From Armatimonadota bacterium (GTDB lineage Bacteria; Sysuimicrobiota; Sysuimicrobiia; Sysuimicrobiales; Humicultoraceae): a DNA stretch of 23,083 nucleotides. Positions 1 through 7,385 of this stretch are shown here, piece after piece (within the stretch, counting starts at the first letter, position 1; each line of letters opens with the position of its first letter). The DNA lies in the NCBI GenBank assembly GCA_037443365.1, contig JBBIOM010000008.1, positions 49,769-72,851 on the forward strand, read 5' to 3'. The notes below the pieces were generated by a model. That model worked only from the letters and a program-made list of their open reading frames with translations. It was not told where the DNA came from and did not search any database. A program made the translations under genes and the position numbers.

Positions 1-802
1 GAGCGGGTCAGGAGGCGATCCCTGTCCACGCCGAGGTTACCGTGGATGCCACCGACGGTACGCTTACGCCCACAGGCACGGCCGGCAGCCCAGCGGCGCC
101 TTCGGGGGATACGCCTGGGGTTTCAGGGAAGCGATGCGCGGGTACCATCCCGCCGACATGCGGCTCTCGGCGCACGATCTGAACATAGTGAAGATCCCGG
201 ATGGCAAGGTGTGGATCAACTCGCTGCAGGTGCATGATGTGGACGGAACGAGCCGTGCCTCCCTGCTCGACGGTCTCGGGCGCGCGGCCAGGGAGATCCC
301 GGACAAGGTGTCATACCTGCGCGGTAGCGTCCCGGGGTTCGCGCAGGCGCACCTGGTCGAGATCGCGCCCGAGCTCTACATCCGAGAGACGCGACACCTC
401 GCCGGGCTCTACCGCCTGACCGGCGAGGACATCGTCAGGCGTACGCGCTTCTGGGATCGCATCGGAGCGGCATCCTACCCGATAGATCTGCACCAGTACG
501 TGAAGGGGGAGCAGTACCCGTACAGGCCACTGCGTCGGGAGTACACGATCCCGCTCCGCGCGCTCGTGACCGCGAGGATGGACGGCCTGTTCGTGGCGAG
601 CCGGGCCTTCTCGGCAACCTATCAGGCAGCGGCCTCGGCGCGCGTGGTCCCGACGACGGTGGCGATGGGCGAGGGGGTGGGCGTGGCAGCGGCGGTGGCG
701 ATCACGCACCGCGTGACCCCTCACCAGCTTGCGCAGCGGGTGGATCTCGTACACGACGTGCAGCAGCGCCTTCTGCGGGCAGGCGCGCGCATTGACTACT
801 GA
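1..802 (+). CDS. FAD-dependent oxidoreductase (PF12831-like), 5'-truncated by the window; apparent deletion/frameshift at about 57, so possibly a pseudogene
   Basis: The C-terminal part carries family motifs LYIRETRHLAG, YPIDLH, YTIPLRAL, LFVASRAFSAT and SARVVPTTVAMGEGVG; stop TGA at 800-802. The AEVTVDATD motif (30-56) is in a different frame from the rest. Confidence 0.75.
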   Translation, partial: SGSGGDPCPRRGYRGCHRRYAYAHRHGRQPSGAFGGYAWGFREAMRGYHPADMRLSAHDLNIVKIPDGKVWINSLQVHDVDGTSRASLLDGLGRAAREIPDKVSYLRGSVPGFAQAHLVEIAPELYIRETRHLAGLYRLTGEDIVRRTRFWDRIGAASYPIDLHQYVKGEQYPYRPLRREYTIPLRALVTARMDGLFVASRAFSATYQAAASARVVPTTVAMGEGVGVAAAVAITHRVTPHQLAQRVDLVHDVQQRLLRAGARIDY

Positions 803-839
803 CGGGCAAGGCCCGGACGCGCAGGGAGGGGGAAGGGCC

Positions 840-1643
840 GTGCACCTGCCCGCGACGCTGACGCTGGCCTACCATGCGCGCGAGCCGCATCCCAGGGAAG
901 TGTCCCTTGAGGCGATCTATCGCGATCTGGAGGCGCGGCCGAGGACGGGCCGGCCGCACGTCATCCTCAACATGGTCCAGACCCTGGACGGCGCCGTGGC
1001 CATAGACGGCAGGGCCTGGCAGATCGGTTCGGAGGTAGACCACTATCTCTTCAAGACGCTGCGGGGATGGGCCGACGCCGTACTCTGCGGCGCGGGCACC
1101 TTGCGGCAGAACGATATTGTGGCAGTCACGCATCCTCGCCTGCAGGAAGAGCGCGCGGCCGCCGGTCGCCCCTCCAACCCCGCGGCCTTTGTCCTCTCGA
1201 GCCGGGCCGAGTTCTCGGACGCGGTGCTGCGCAAGCGCTTCTTTGCGCGCCGGGATTTCGCGTCGGTGGTTGTCACCACCGAGCTGTCGCGGGAAGCCGA
1301 CCGCCGGCGGCTCGAGCAGGCGGGCGCCGAGGTCTGGGTGGTCCCGGCTAACGCGTCCGGGGAGGCGGATCTGGAGGCCGCGTTGGGGCTGCTGGCCGAC
1401 CGCGGGTACGCGAGGGTGCTGGCAGAAGGCGGTCCGGCGACCAACCGGCGCCTGGTCGAGGCAGGGGGCCCGGATGAGCTCTTCCTGACCGTCGCGCCGC
1501 GGCTGGCCGGTGTTTCTGCTCGGCCCGGGGTGCTGGCCGGAGTCCTGGGCGGCGGACAGGTAGGGCTTGAGCTGGTCAGCGAGTTTCAGTACCGCGCGCC
1601 AGCGCTGCGCGAGTGGTACCTCAGGTTCGCCGTGGTCCTCTGA
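840..1643 (+). CDS. RibD C-terminal / dihydrofolate reductase-fold protein (stand-alone pyrimidine reductase-like)
   Basis: Motifs RPHVILNMVQTLDGAV, LRGWADAVLCGAGTLR, VLAEGGPATN and DELFLTVAP. GTG at 840 follows a GGGAGG RBS (824-829); the ORF-track start at 729 lies inside the previous gene. Confidence 0.85.
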   Translation: MHLPATLTLAYHAREPHPREVSLEAIYRDLEARPRTGRPHVILNMVQTLDGAVAIDGRAWQIGSEVDHYLFKTLRGWADAVLCGAGTLRQNDIVAVTHPRLQEERAAAGRPSNPAAFVLSSRAEFSDAVLRKRFFARRDFASVVVTTELSREADRRRLEQAGAEVWVVPANASGEADLEAALGLLADRGYARVLAEGGPATNRRLVEAGGPDELFLTVAPRLAGVSARPGVLAGVLGGGQVGLELVSEFQYRAPALREWYLRFAVVL

Positions 1644-1659
1644 TCCCTGCTGTTCGGCA

Positions 1660-1687
1660 TTGACATACGAACACTTGTTCGTATAAT
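1660..1687 (+). promoter_or_regulatory. sigma70-type promoter of the PolB2 cassette
   Basis: Exact TTGACA (1660-1665) and TATAAT (1682-1687) with a 16-bp spacer, in a very GC-rich background. Confidence 0.85.
1665..1684. promoter_or_regulatory. LexA operator (SOS/Cheo box, CGAAC-N4-GTTCG)
   Basis: ATACGAAC-ACTT-GTTCGTAT: perfect 8-bp inverted arms around a 4-bp spacer. Matches the Firmicutes/Actinobacteria/Chloroflexi LexA consensus and fills the -35/-10 spacer. Confidence 0.88.
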
Positions 1688-1706
1688 GGGGGTGGAGCCC
1701 TTTGCG

Positions 1707-2351
1707 ATGCTCGCGCCCCTTCTTGCTCTTGAGCCGGCCCTGGAGACGGGTCAGGCCACCGGCCTGGCCTTCGTACACGGGGATCCGGCCTGCCTGACGC
1801 TGGGCCTGCTGATCGGCCTGCGCGCTGCGACGCCTGCCAGCCCGCTTCTGGTCGTGGATGGGGCCAATGCGCTCGACCCGTACCTGCTCTCCGGCCTGGC
1901 GCAGCGCTTAGGGCGGCATCCCGGGGCCCTGCTGGCGAGCGTATTCATATCCCGCGTCTTCACCGCCTACCAGCTCGAAGCCGCGGTCGCAGACCGGCTG
2001 GAGGGCACCGTCCTGGCGCGCCGGTCCAGCGGTGTGCTGCTTGCCGGCCTGCTGGACCCGCTTCACGATGAGGATCTCTCCGCGGCCGAGGCCCGGAGGA
2101 TCTTCCGGCGCGTGCTCGCGGCCCTCTTGCGCCTGGTCGAGCGCACGTGCCCGCTGGTGGTGGCTGCGCCGTGCCAGGCGCCTGCACGCGGGCGCGAAGG
2201 GATGGGGGCGCGACTCGTCGCGGCGGCGGACCGGGTGTTTCGCGTCGCGGTACGCGACGGCAAGATCGAGGTCACAAGAGAGAAGCCCGCGCCCGGCCGG
2301 TGGCGGTGGGAACCCGCGGTGCCGCTTCTGGTTGCGCGGCGCTGGCGCTGA
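1707..2351 (+). CDS. Inactive RadA/RecA-superfamily protein (iRadA, ImuA-analogue)
   Basis: The segment VVDGANALDPYLLS...LASVFISRVFTAYQL resembles the RadA/Rad51 core; no Walker A GxxxxGK[TS]. Start uncertain: ATG 1686 overlaps the -10 box, GTG 1692 could be leaderless, ATG 1707 has GGAG at 1694-1697. Confidence 0.75.
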   Translation: MLAPLLALEPALETGQATGLAFVHGDPACLTLGLLIGLRAATPASPLLVVDGANALDPYLLSGLAQRLGRHPGALLASVFISRVFTAYQLEAAVADRLEGTVLARRSSGVLLAGLLDPLHDEDLSAAEARRIFRRVLAALLRLVERTCPLVVAAPCQAPARGREGMGARLVAAADRVFRVAVRDGKIEVTREKPAPGRWRWEPAVPLLVARRWR

Positions 2352-2362
2352 GCGAGGCCGCG

Positions 2363-2635
2363 ATGGGTCGCACCGCGCCCACCATGACGCAGATCGTCGC
2401 CCAGGAGGAGGCGAGCTTCGCGCCGTTCCGCCGGGCGCTGCGCAGGGAGGATCGGATGATCCTCGACCGGCTCTTCGCGGCGGCGCGCCACCACACCGCG
2501 CCCGCTGCCTACCTGTCGCATCCGGTGCCGTTTGAGGTCGTCCTGCTGGCCATGCTGATAGAGACGGCAAAGCTGGTGGAGGCGCTGCGCGCGCGCCTGG
2601 AGGCACTCGAAGCCGGCGGCTCCGCGCCAGGGTGA
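2363..2635 (+). CDS. Small alpha-helical PolB2-associated protein (arCOG07300/PPB2-like), 90 aa
   Basis: MGRTAPT...FRRALRREDRMILDRLFAAARHH...PVPFEVVLLAMLIE resembles the conserved small protein encoded next to archaeal polB2. GAGG RBS at 2354-2357; ends 1 nt before the polymerase ATG. Confidence 0.8.
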   Translation: MGRTAPTMTQIVAQEEASFAPFRRALRREDRMILDRLFAAARHHTAPAAYLSHPVPFEVVLLAMLIETAKLVEALRARLEALEAGGSAPG

Positions 2636-2636
2636 G

Positions 2637-4955
2637 ATGGCACTCGCCGGCTGGCTGTTCGACGCCTACCCTGCCGGGGACGGGATGGCCGTATGGCTGA
2701 TAGGCGACGACGGCCGGGCGCAGCGCCTGACGGTTCCGTTCGCCCCGATCTTCTATGCTGCGGGTCCGGAGCGTGTTCTCTCCCGGCTGCCGGAGCGCCT
2801 GGCCGCCCTGGGCATAGCCGCCGCGACCACGATGACCGCGCGGCAGGAGCTGTTCTCCGGCGCGGCGCTGCCGGTGCTGCAGGTCGCGGTCCGAACGCCG
2901 CTCGCCTTCCCGGTCGCGGTGCGCGCGACCGCCCGCATCGCTGGGGTCTCGCCGTTTGACTGCGATCTGGGCATTCCACAGATGTTCTTTGCCCAGACCG
3001 GGTTGTTCCCGCTGGGACGGTACAGGGTGGAGGCGGGACAGGACGCAGCAGGAGGGCCGGGCGCCGATGTCAGGGACTTCCAGCCGCTGGACGGACAGGA
3101 AGACCTGGAGTATGACGTTCCCCCGCTGGTTGTGATGCGCCTGCGCCCGGACGGCGATTCGATCGACCCGACGCACACCCGCAGGACCGAGATCGAGGTG
3201 TCGGTGGAGGGCGAGACCGTGGTGCTCTGCGCCGACCGCTCCGAGGACCTGATCGCTGGCCTCAATCGCATGATCGAGCGCTACGATCCCGACATCCTGC
3301 TCACCGAATGGGGCGACGCGTTCCTCCTGCCGCGGTTGCAGACGCTCGCGGCGCGGGTCGGCGTACCGCTGCGCTGGAACCGCGAGCGCCATCAGGGGAT
3401 ACGTACTCGGCGCGCGCGCTCGTACGTGACCTACGGCCGGACCATGTTCACGGCGGGCGCCCAGATGCTTGCGGGACGCTGGCACCTCGACCTGCGCAAC
3501 TCGTTCATCTACCGCGAGAGTGAGCTCGCCGGGCTGCTGGAGATCGCTCGTCTGGCGTGCCTGCCGGTGCAGTACCTCGCGCGGACCTCGATCGGAACGG
3601 CGATCAGCGCCATGCAGCTCCTGCGCGCAGTGCGCCGGGGCGTGCTGATTCCCTGGCACAAGAGCGAGCCAGAAGGATTCAAGTCGGCCGGGGAGCTGCT
3701 GCTCACCGACAAGGGCGGGCTCACCTACCAGCCGGTCGCGGGCGTGTTCGAGGGCGTCGGCGAGTTGGACTTCGCATCCATGTATCCCACGATCATGGAG
3801 AGGCTGAACGTTTCTCCGGAGACGGTCAACTGCACCTGCTGCCCTGATGCACCGCGCGTGCCGGAGACCGGCGCGCGGCTGTGCCGGCGCCGGCGAGGGC
3901 TGCTGCCGGAGGTGCTGGGACCGCTGCTCCGGCGGCGGGCCTACTACAAGGGGAGGCGAGAGGAGACGTCCGGGCAGGAGCGGGCGCTGTACAACCAGCG
4001 GCAGACGGCGCTGAAGTGGTGTCTGGTGACCTCATTCGGATTCCTCGGCTATCGCAACGCCCGCTTCGGCCGTATCGAGGCGCACGAGGCCACGACCGCG
4101 TTCTCGCGCGAGATGCTGCTCCGCGCGAAGGACCTGGCCGAGTCGCGAGGATACCGCATGCTTCACGCCCTGGTGGACTCGATGTGGCTGCACCGGCCGG
4201 GCGCCGGGCACGCCGACTACGCTGCGCTCGCCCGGGCGATCGAGGAGGCGACCGGCCTCCCCATCTCCGTCGAGGGCATCTATGACTGGATCGCGTTTCT
4301 CCCGTCGCGCACGCACCCCGGGCTGGGCGTTCCCAATCGTTACCTGGGTCGGTTCGATGACGGCACGACGAAGGTGCGCGGCATCGAGGTCCGACGCACG
4401 GACATCCCGGCATTCGTCGAGCGCGCGCAGTCGCGGATGCTGGAGGTGCTCTTCGGCGCCAGGACCCTGGCGGAGGTGCGCGCCGCGATTCCGCGGGTGC
4501 TGGATATACTGTTCGAAGCGGCGCTCCGGCTGCGGGACGGGGAGGTGCCGGCCGCCGACCTGGCGATCGCGGCGAGGCTCTCGCGCGCGCCGGGCGACTA
4601 CCGCGGCAACGCCGCGGTGGCCGTCGTCGCGCGACAGATGGCCCGCGCCGGGGTGCGGCTGCAGCCGGGCGAGCGGATCCTGTACGTCGTCACCGACGCC
4701 GGCGCGCGCCTGCCCGACGACAGGGCCCGTCCGCTGGGGCTGCTGGGTCCGGACTGGTCTTGCGACGCGCGCTACTACACCGGCCTGCTGCTGCGGGCCG
4801 GCGAGACGCTGCTGGCGCCGTTGGGTTTCACGTTGAAGCGACTGGAGGAGGAGGTGCGGCAGAGGACGCAGGTGAATCTCTCCGCCCGAAGTCGGCCAGC
4901 AGCGCCTGCATTTCCCGGCCGTTCTGAGCGGCCTGGCCCCGGGCGTGGTTGTTGA
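2637..4955 (+). CDS. polB: Family B DNA polymerase, PolB2-type (degenerate proofreading domain)
   Basis: Motif A ELDFASMYPTIM, motif B RQTALKWCLVTSFGFLGY, PolB2-style motif C HALVDS, NRYLG, KVRGIEVRRTD and NVSPETVNCTCC. Confidence 0.9.
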   Translation: MALAGWLFDAYPAGDGMAVWLIGDDGRAQRLTVPFAPIFYAAGPERVLSRLPERLAALGIAAATTMTARQELFSGAALPVLQVAVRTPLAFPVAVRATARIAGVSPFDCDLGIPQMFFAQTGLFPLGRYRVEAGQDAAGGPGADVRDFQPLDGQEDLEYDVPPLVVMRLRPDGDSIDPTHTRRTEIEVSVEGETVVLCADRSEDLIAGLNRMIERYDPDILLTEWGDAFLLPRLQTLAARVGVPLRWNRERHQGIRTRRARSYVTYGRTMFTAGAQMLAGRWHLDLRNSFIYRESELAGLLEIARLACLPVQYLARTSIGTAISAMQLLRAVRRGVLIPWHKSEPEGFKSAGELLLTDKGGLTYQPVAGVFEGVGELDFASMYPTIMERLNVSPETVNCTCCPDAPRVPETGARLCRRRRGLLPEVLGPLLRRRAYYKGRREETSGQERALYNQRQTALKWCLVTSFGFLGYRNARFGRIEAHEATTAFSREMLLRAKDLAESRGYRMLHALVDSMWLHRPGAGHADYAALARAIEEATGLPISVEGIYDWIAFLPSRTHPGLGVPNRYLGRFDDGTTKVRGIEVRRTDIPAFVERAQSRMLEVLFGARTLAEVRAAIPRVLDILFEAALRLRDGEVPAADLAIAARLSRAPGDYRGNAAVAVVARQMARAGVRLQPGERILYVVTDAGARLPDDRARPLGLLGPDWSCDARYYTGLLLRAGETLLAPLGFTLKRLEEEVRQRTQVNLSARSRPAAPAFPGRSERPGPGRGC

Positions 4956-5784
4956 ACATAAGGTAGAGCGAGCCGACGCGGGGCGCCAACGCATCCGTGG
5001 TCGCTGCCCAACCGGCGAGCTCCTCCTCGGAGTAGAGGTAGTCGTAGGCCTGCTCGGTTGAGACCCGGCGGCCGATCAGGGCCGGGTTGCGGCCGTGCAG
5101 GCGGACGACCGACCATCCGGCGGTCACCTCGACCTGCGGCGGTGGCAGGTACTGCACCTGCGCCATGTCCGGAACGACGTACGCGTAGCCGTGCTCGCGG
5201 AGAAACCCAAGCAGCGCTTCGCGGTTCCGGTCATACAGCCACTCCTTGTGCCGGATCTCCACGGCCACGGGCCACTCGCGCAGGTACGGCTCCCACGCCT
5301 CGAGGTAGGCCAAGAGGTCCCGCGAGTACCCCAGGCCCTTGGGAAACTGGAACAGCACGTAGCCCAGGCGTCCTGTGCGTGCGAAGACACCGACGAACGC
5401 GGCGAAGTGGTCCCAGGCCGCGCCCAGCGCCTCCTGAGGGACGCGGTCGCCGCGCACCGGACCGCCGGACCGAAGCAACGGGGGGAGCAGGGCCGCGATG
5501 GCCGGCGGCAGGCGCCGCGGATCGCTCTCGTGGCGCGTCAACCAGGCAAACGCCTTGACCCCGAACCGGAACGAGGCAGGCGTCCAATCCAGCCATTGCC
5601 GGGCGCGCTCGGCGGGTTGCAGCGCGTGGAAGCTCGCGTCCACCTCGACAGCGGGAAAGACGCTGGCGTAGTATGCCAGGCGCGCCCTTGGGTCGGTCTT
5701 GGCGCCGCGTGGATAGAAGTCGCTGGCAGTAACGCTGCGGTCGGCCCACGAGCAGGTCCCGACATAGACGCTGCATCCATGCAT
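4828..5784 (-). CDS. DUF72 (YecE/YunF-like) TIM-barrel protein
   Basis: Motifs VGTCSW, LAYYASVFPAVEVDASFH, FGVKAF, LFQFP, AVEIRH, VVRLHGRN, YDYLYS and FNNH. ATG at 5784 chosen because family homology begins just after it. Confidence 0.9.
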   Translation of the reverse strand: MHGCSVYVGTCSWADRSVTASDFYPRGAKTDPRARLAYYASVFPAVEVDASFHALQPAERARQWLDWTPASFRFGVKAFAWLTRHESDPRRLPPAIAALLPPLLRSGGPVRGDRVPQEALGAAWDHFAAFVGVFARTGRLGYVLFQFPKGLGYSRDLLAYLEAWEPYLREWPVAVEIRHKEWLYDRNREALLGFLREHGYAYVVPDMAQVQYLPPPQVEVTAGWSVVRLHGRNPALIGRRVSTEQAYDYLYSEEELAGWAATTDALAPRVGSLYLMFNNHARGQAAQNGREMQALLADFGRRDSPASSAAPPPPVAST

Positions 5785-5848
5785 GATGATGGGGGCTATC
5801 CCCGCGGCGCTGGGCTGCTCCGGGAACAGGCTCACGTAGGATATGTTC

Positions 5849-5886
5849 GTGCGCGCACGCCGCGTCCCCTCGCGGCGTGCCCGCAC
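5849..5886. repeat. GC-rich inverted repeat in the DUF72/secD divergent intergenic region
   Basis: GCACGCCGCG-TCCCCT-CGCGGCGTGC (5855-5880) is a perfect 10-bp stem, extended by GTGCG/CGCAC after one C-C mismatch. Confidence 0.6.
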
Positions 5887-5908
5887 CCTGCTCTCGAACC
5901 CGCTACGT

Positions 5909-5938
5909 TTGACACCGCCTTTGCTCCTTGACTATAAT
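5909..5938 (+). promoter_or_regulatory. sigma70-type promoter of the secD operon
   Basis: TTGACA 5909-5914, 18-bp spacer, TATAAT 5933-5938. Confidence 0.8.
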
Positions 5939-6002
5939 GGCGTGGGCTCTGGCCCTCTTTTTTTGCGCCTGACAGCCCTTACCATCGGGAAGGAGATTGC
6001 CG

Positions 6003-7385
6003 TTGAGAGCGCGTCTCGGCCTCCGTCTGTTCGTGGTCTTCGTTCTGGGCCTCGCCGCGGTGCAGGTGGCGTTTCGCCCGCTGACCCTTGTCGGGCGCAT
6101 GCCCGTCTTCGCGAGCCCCGCGCTGCGCATGAACCTGGGCCTTGATCTCAAGGGCGGGAGCCTGCTCGTGCTGGAGGGAAGGGACGCTCCGGGCGCCGAG
6201 GCCACCCCCGAGGCAGTGGAAGCCGCGATGCGGGTGATCGAGCGGCGCATAGACCAGCTGGGTGTCGTGGAGCCGACGATCCAGCGACAGGGGTTGAAGC
6301 GTATCATCGTCGAGCTGCCGGGAATCCAGGATCCCGAGCGCGCGGTGAAGCTGATCGGGAAGACGGCGCTGCTGGAGTTCGTGGACACCGGCGCGCAGTC
6401 GCTGCCTGAGGGCGCGCAGTGGAGTCCGGACGGCACCTCCGTCCTCCTCCCGCAGCGCCCCGGCGCGCCCCGGCCTGTGGGCCAGCCGGAGGCCGCGCGA
6501 TCGCTCCCCCTTGCCAAGAAGGTGGTGCTGACCGGCGCGGACCTGGAGAGCGCGCAGGCCGGATTCGATCAGACCACTGCCGAGCCCATCGTCCACTTCA
6601 AGTTCCGCGGCAAGGCCGCCAAGACGTTCGAGGACTACACGGCCGCGAACGTCGGCAAGTACCTGACGATAGTCCTCGACAACGAGGTCATATCATCGCC
6701 GGTCATCCGGGATCGCATCTCCGGGGGGAGCGGCCAGATCAGCGGTGGGTTCGCCTCCATCGAGGAGGCGCGCGATCTGGCCGTCCTGCTGCGGGGTGGG
6801 TCGCTGCCCATTCCGGTAGAGGTCGTCGAGAACCGGACGGTCGGCCCCCAGCTGGGGCGCGACTCGATAGACAAGAGCCTGCGGGCGTCAAGCGTGGCGC
6901 TGATGGCGGTGGGGCTCTTCATGGCGCTCTACTACGGCCTGTCGGGGTTTGCGGCCGTCCTTGCGCTGGCGATCTACCTCATCGTCCTGTTGGCGCTGCT
7001 GAGCGGCCTGGGCGCAACGCTCACGCTGCCCGGCATCGCCGGGATCGTTCTCTCCCTGGGCATGGCCGTGGACGCCAACGTGATCATCTTCGAGAAGGTC
7101 AAGGAGGAGCTGCGCGCCGGCAAGAGCCTGCGCGCGGCTATCGCGGGCGGGTGGAGCCGGGCGATCACAACGATCCTCGACTCCAACGTCACCACGCTGA
7201 TAGCCACGGCTGTGCTGTTCCTGCTGGGCTCCGGACCGATCCGCGGCTTCGCGGTCACGCTGAGCCTTGGGGTGCTGACGAGCATGTTCACGGCGATCGT
7301 CGTGACGAGGGCCCTGGTGGACGGCGCGGCGGCGGCGGGTCTTGGGCCGCATCTGGCCCGCCTGGCCGGGAGGGTCGCGCGATGA
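6003..7385 (+). CDS. secD: Protein translocase subunit SecD
   Basis: Motifs LGLDLKGG, RRIDQLGVVEP, IIVELPG, TVGPQLG, TLTLPGIAGIVLSLGMAVDANVIIFE and ILDSNVTT. TTG 6003 is 7 nt after AGGAG; TTG 5997 is too close to it. Confidence 0.96.
   Translation: MRARLGLRLFVVFVLGLAAVQVAFRPLTLVGRMPVFASPALRMNLGLDLKGGSLLVLEGRDAPGAEATPEAVEAAMRVIERRIDQLGVVEPTIQRQGLKRIIVELPGIQDPERAVKLIGKTALLEFVDTGAQSLPEGAQWSPDGTSVLLPQRPGAPRPVGQPEAARSLPLAKKVVLTGADLESAQAGFDQTTAEPIVHFKFRGKAAKTFEDYTAANVGKYLTIVLDNEVISSPVIRDRISGGSGQISGGFASIEEARDLAVLLRGGSLPIPVEVVENRTVGPQLGRDSIDKSLRASSVALMAVGLFMALYYGLSGFAAVLALAIYLIVLLALLSGLGATLTLPGIAGIVLSLGMAVDANVIIFEKVKEELRAGKSLRAAIAGGWSRAITTILDSNVTTLIATAVLFLLGSGPIRGFAVTLSLGVLTSMFTAIVVTRALVDGAAAAGLGPHLARLAGRVAR

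Noticed and set aside
1908-3659. 583-aa minus-strand ORF and other long antisense ORFs (702-1778, 12206-13435, 19836-21179)
   Set aside because: Shadow ORFs opposite well-supported genes, expected in high-GC DNA; Arg/Pro/Ala-rich with no recognisable motifs.
1644-4955. PolB cassette as a prophage, casposon or pipolin
   Set aside because: No integrase, Cas1, capsid genes or terminal repeats seen; the polymerase lacks recognisable protein-primed features; composition looks like the flanking genes.
5837-5849. LexA half-site upstream of DUF72 (minus strand CGAACATAT-CCTA)
   Set aside because: One arm and the spacer match, but the second arm is CCTA rather than GTTC; not enough to call an SOS box.
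6419-7381. Long N-terminal extension of secF in the ORF track (likewise 21229-22110 for the second permease and 2147-2362 for the small protein)
   Set aside because: These are alternative frames overlapping the upstream genes; real starts are at the stop/start overlaps or RBS-supported ATGs.
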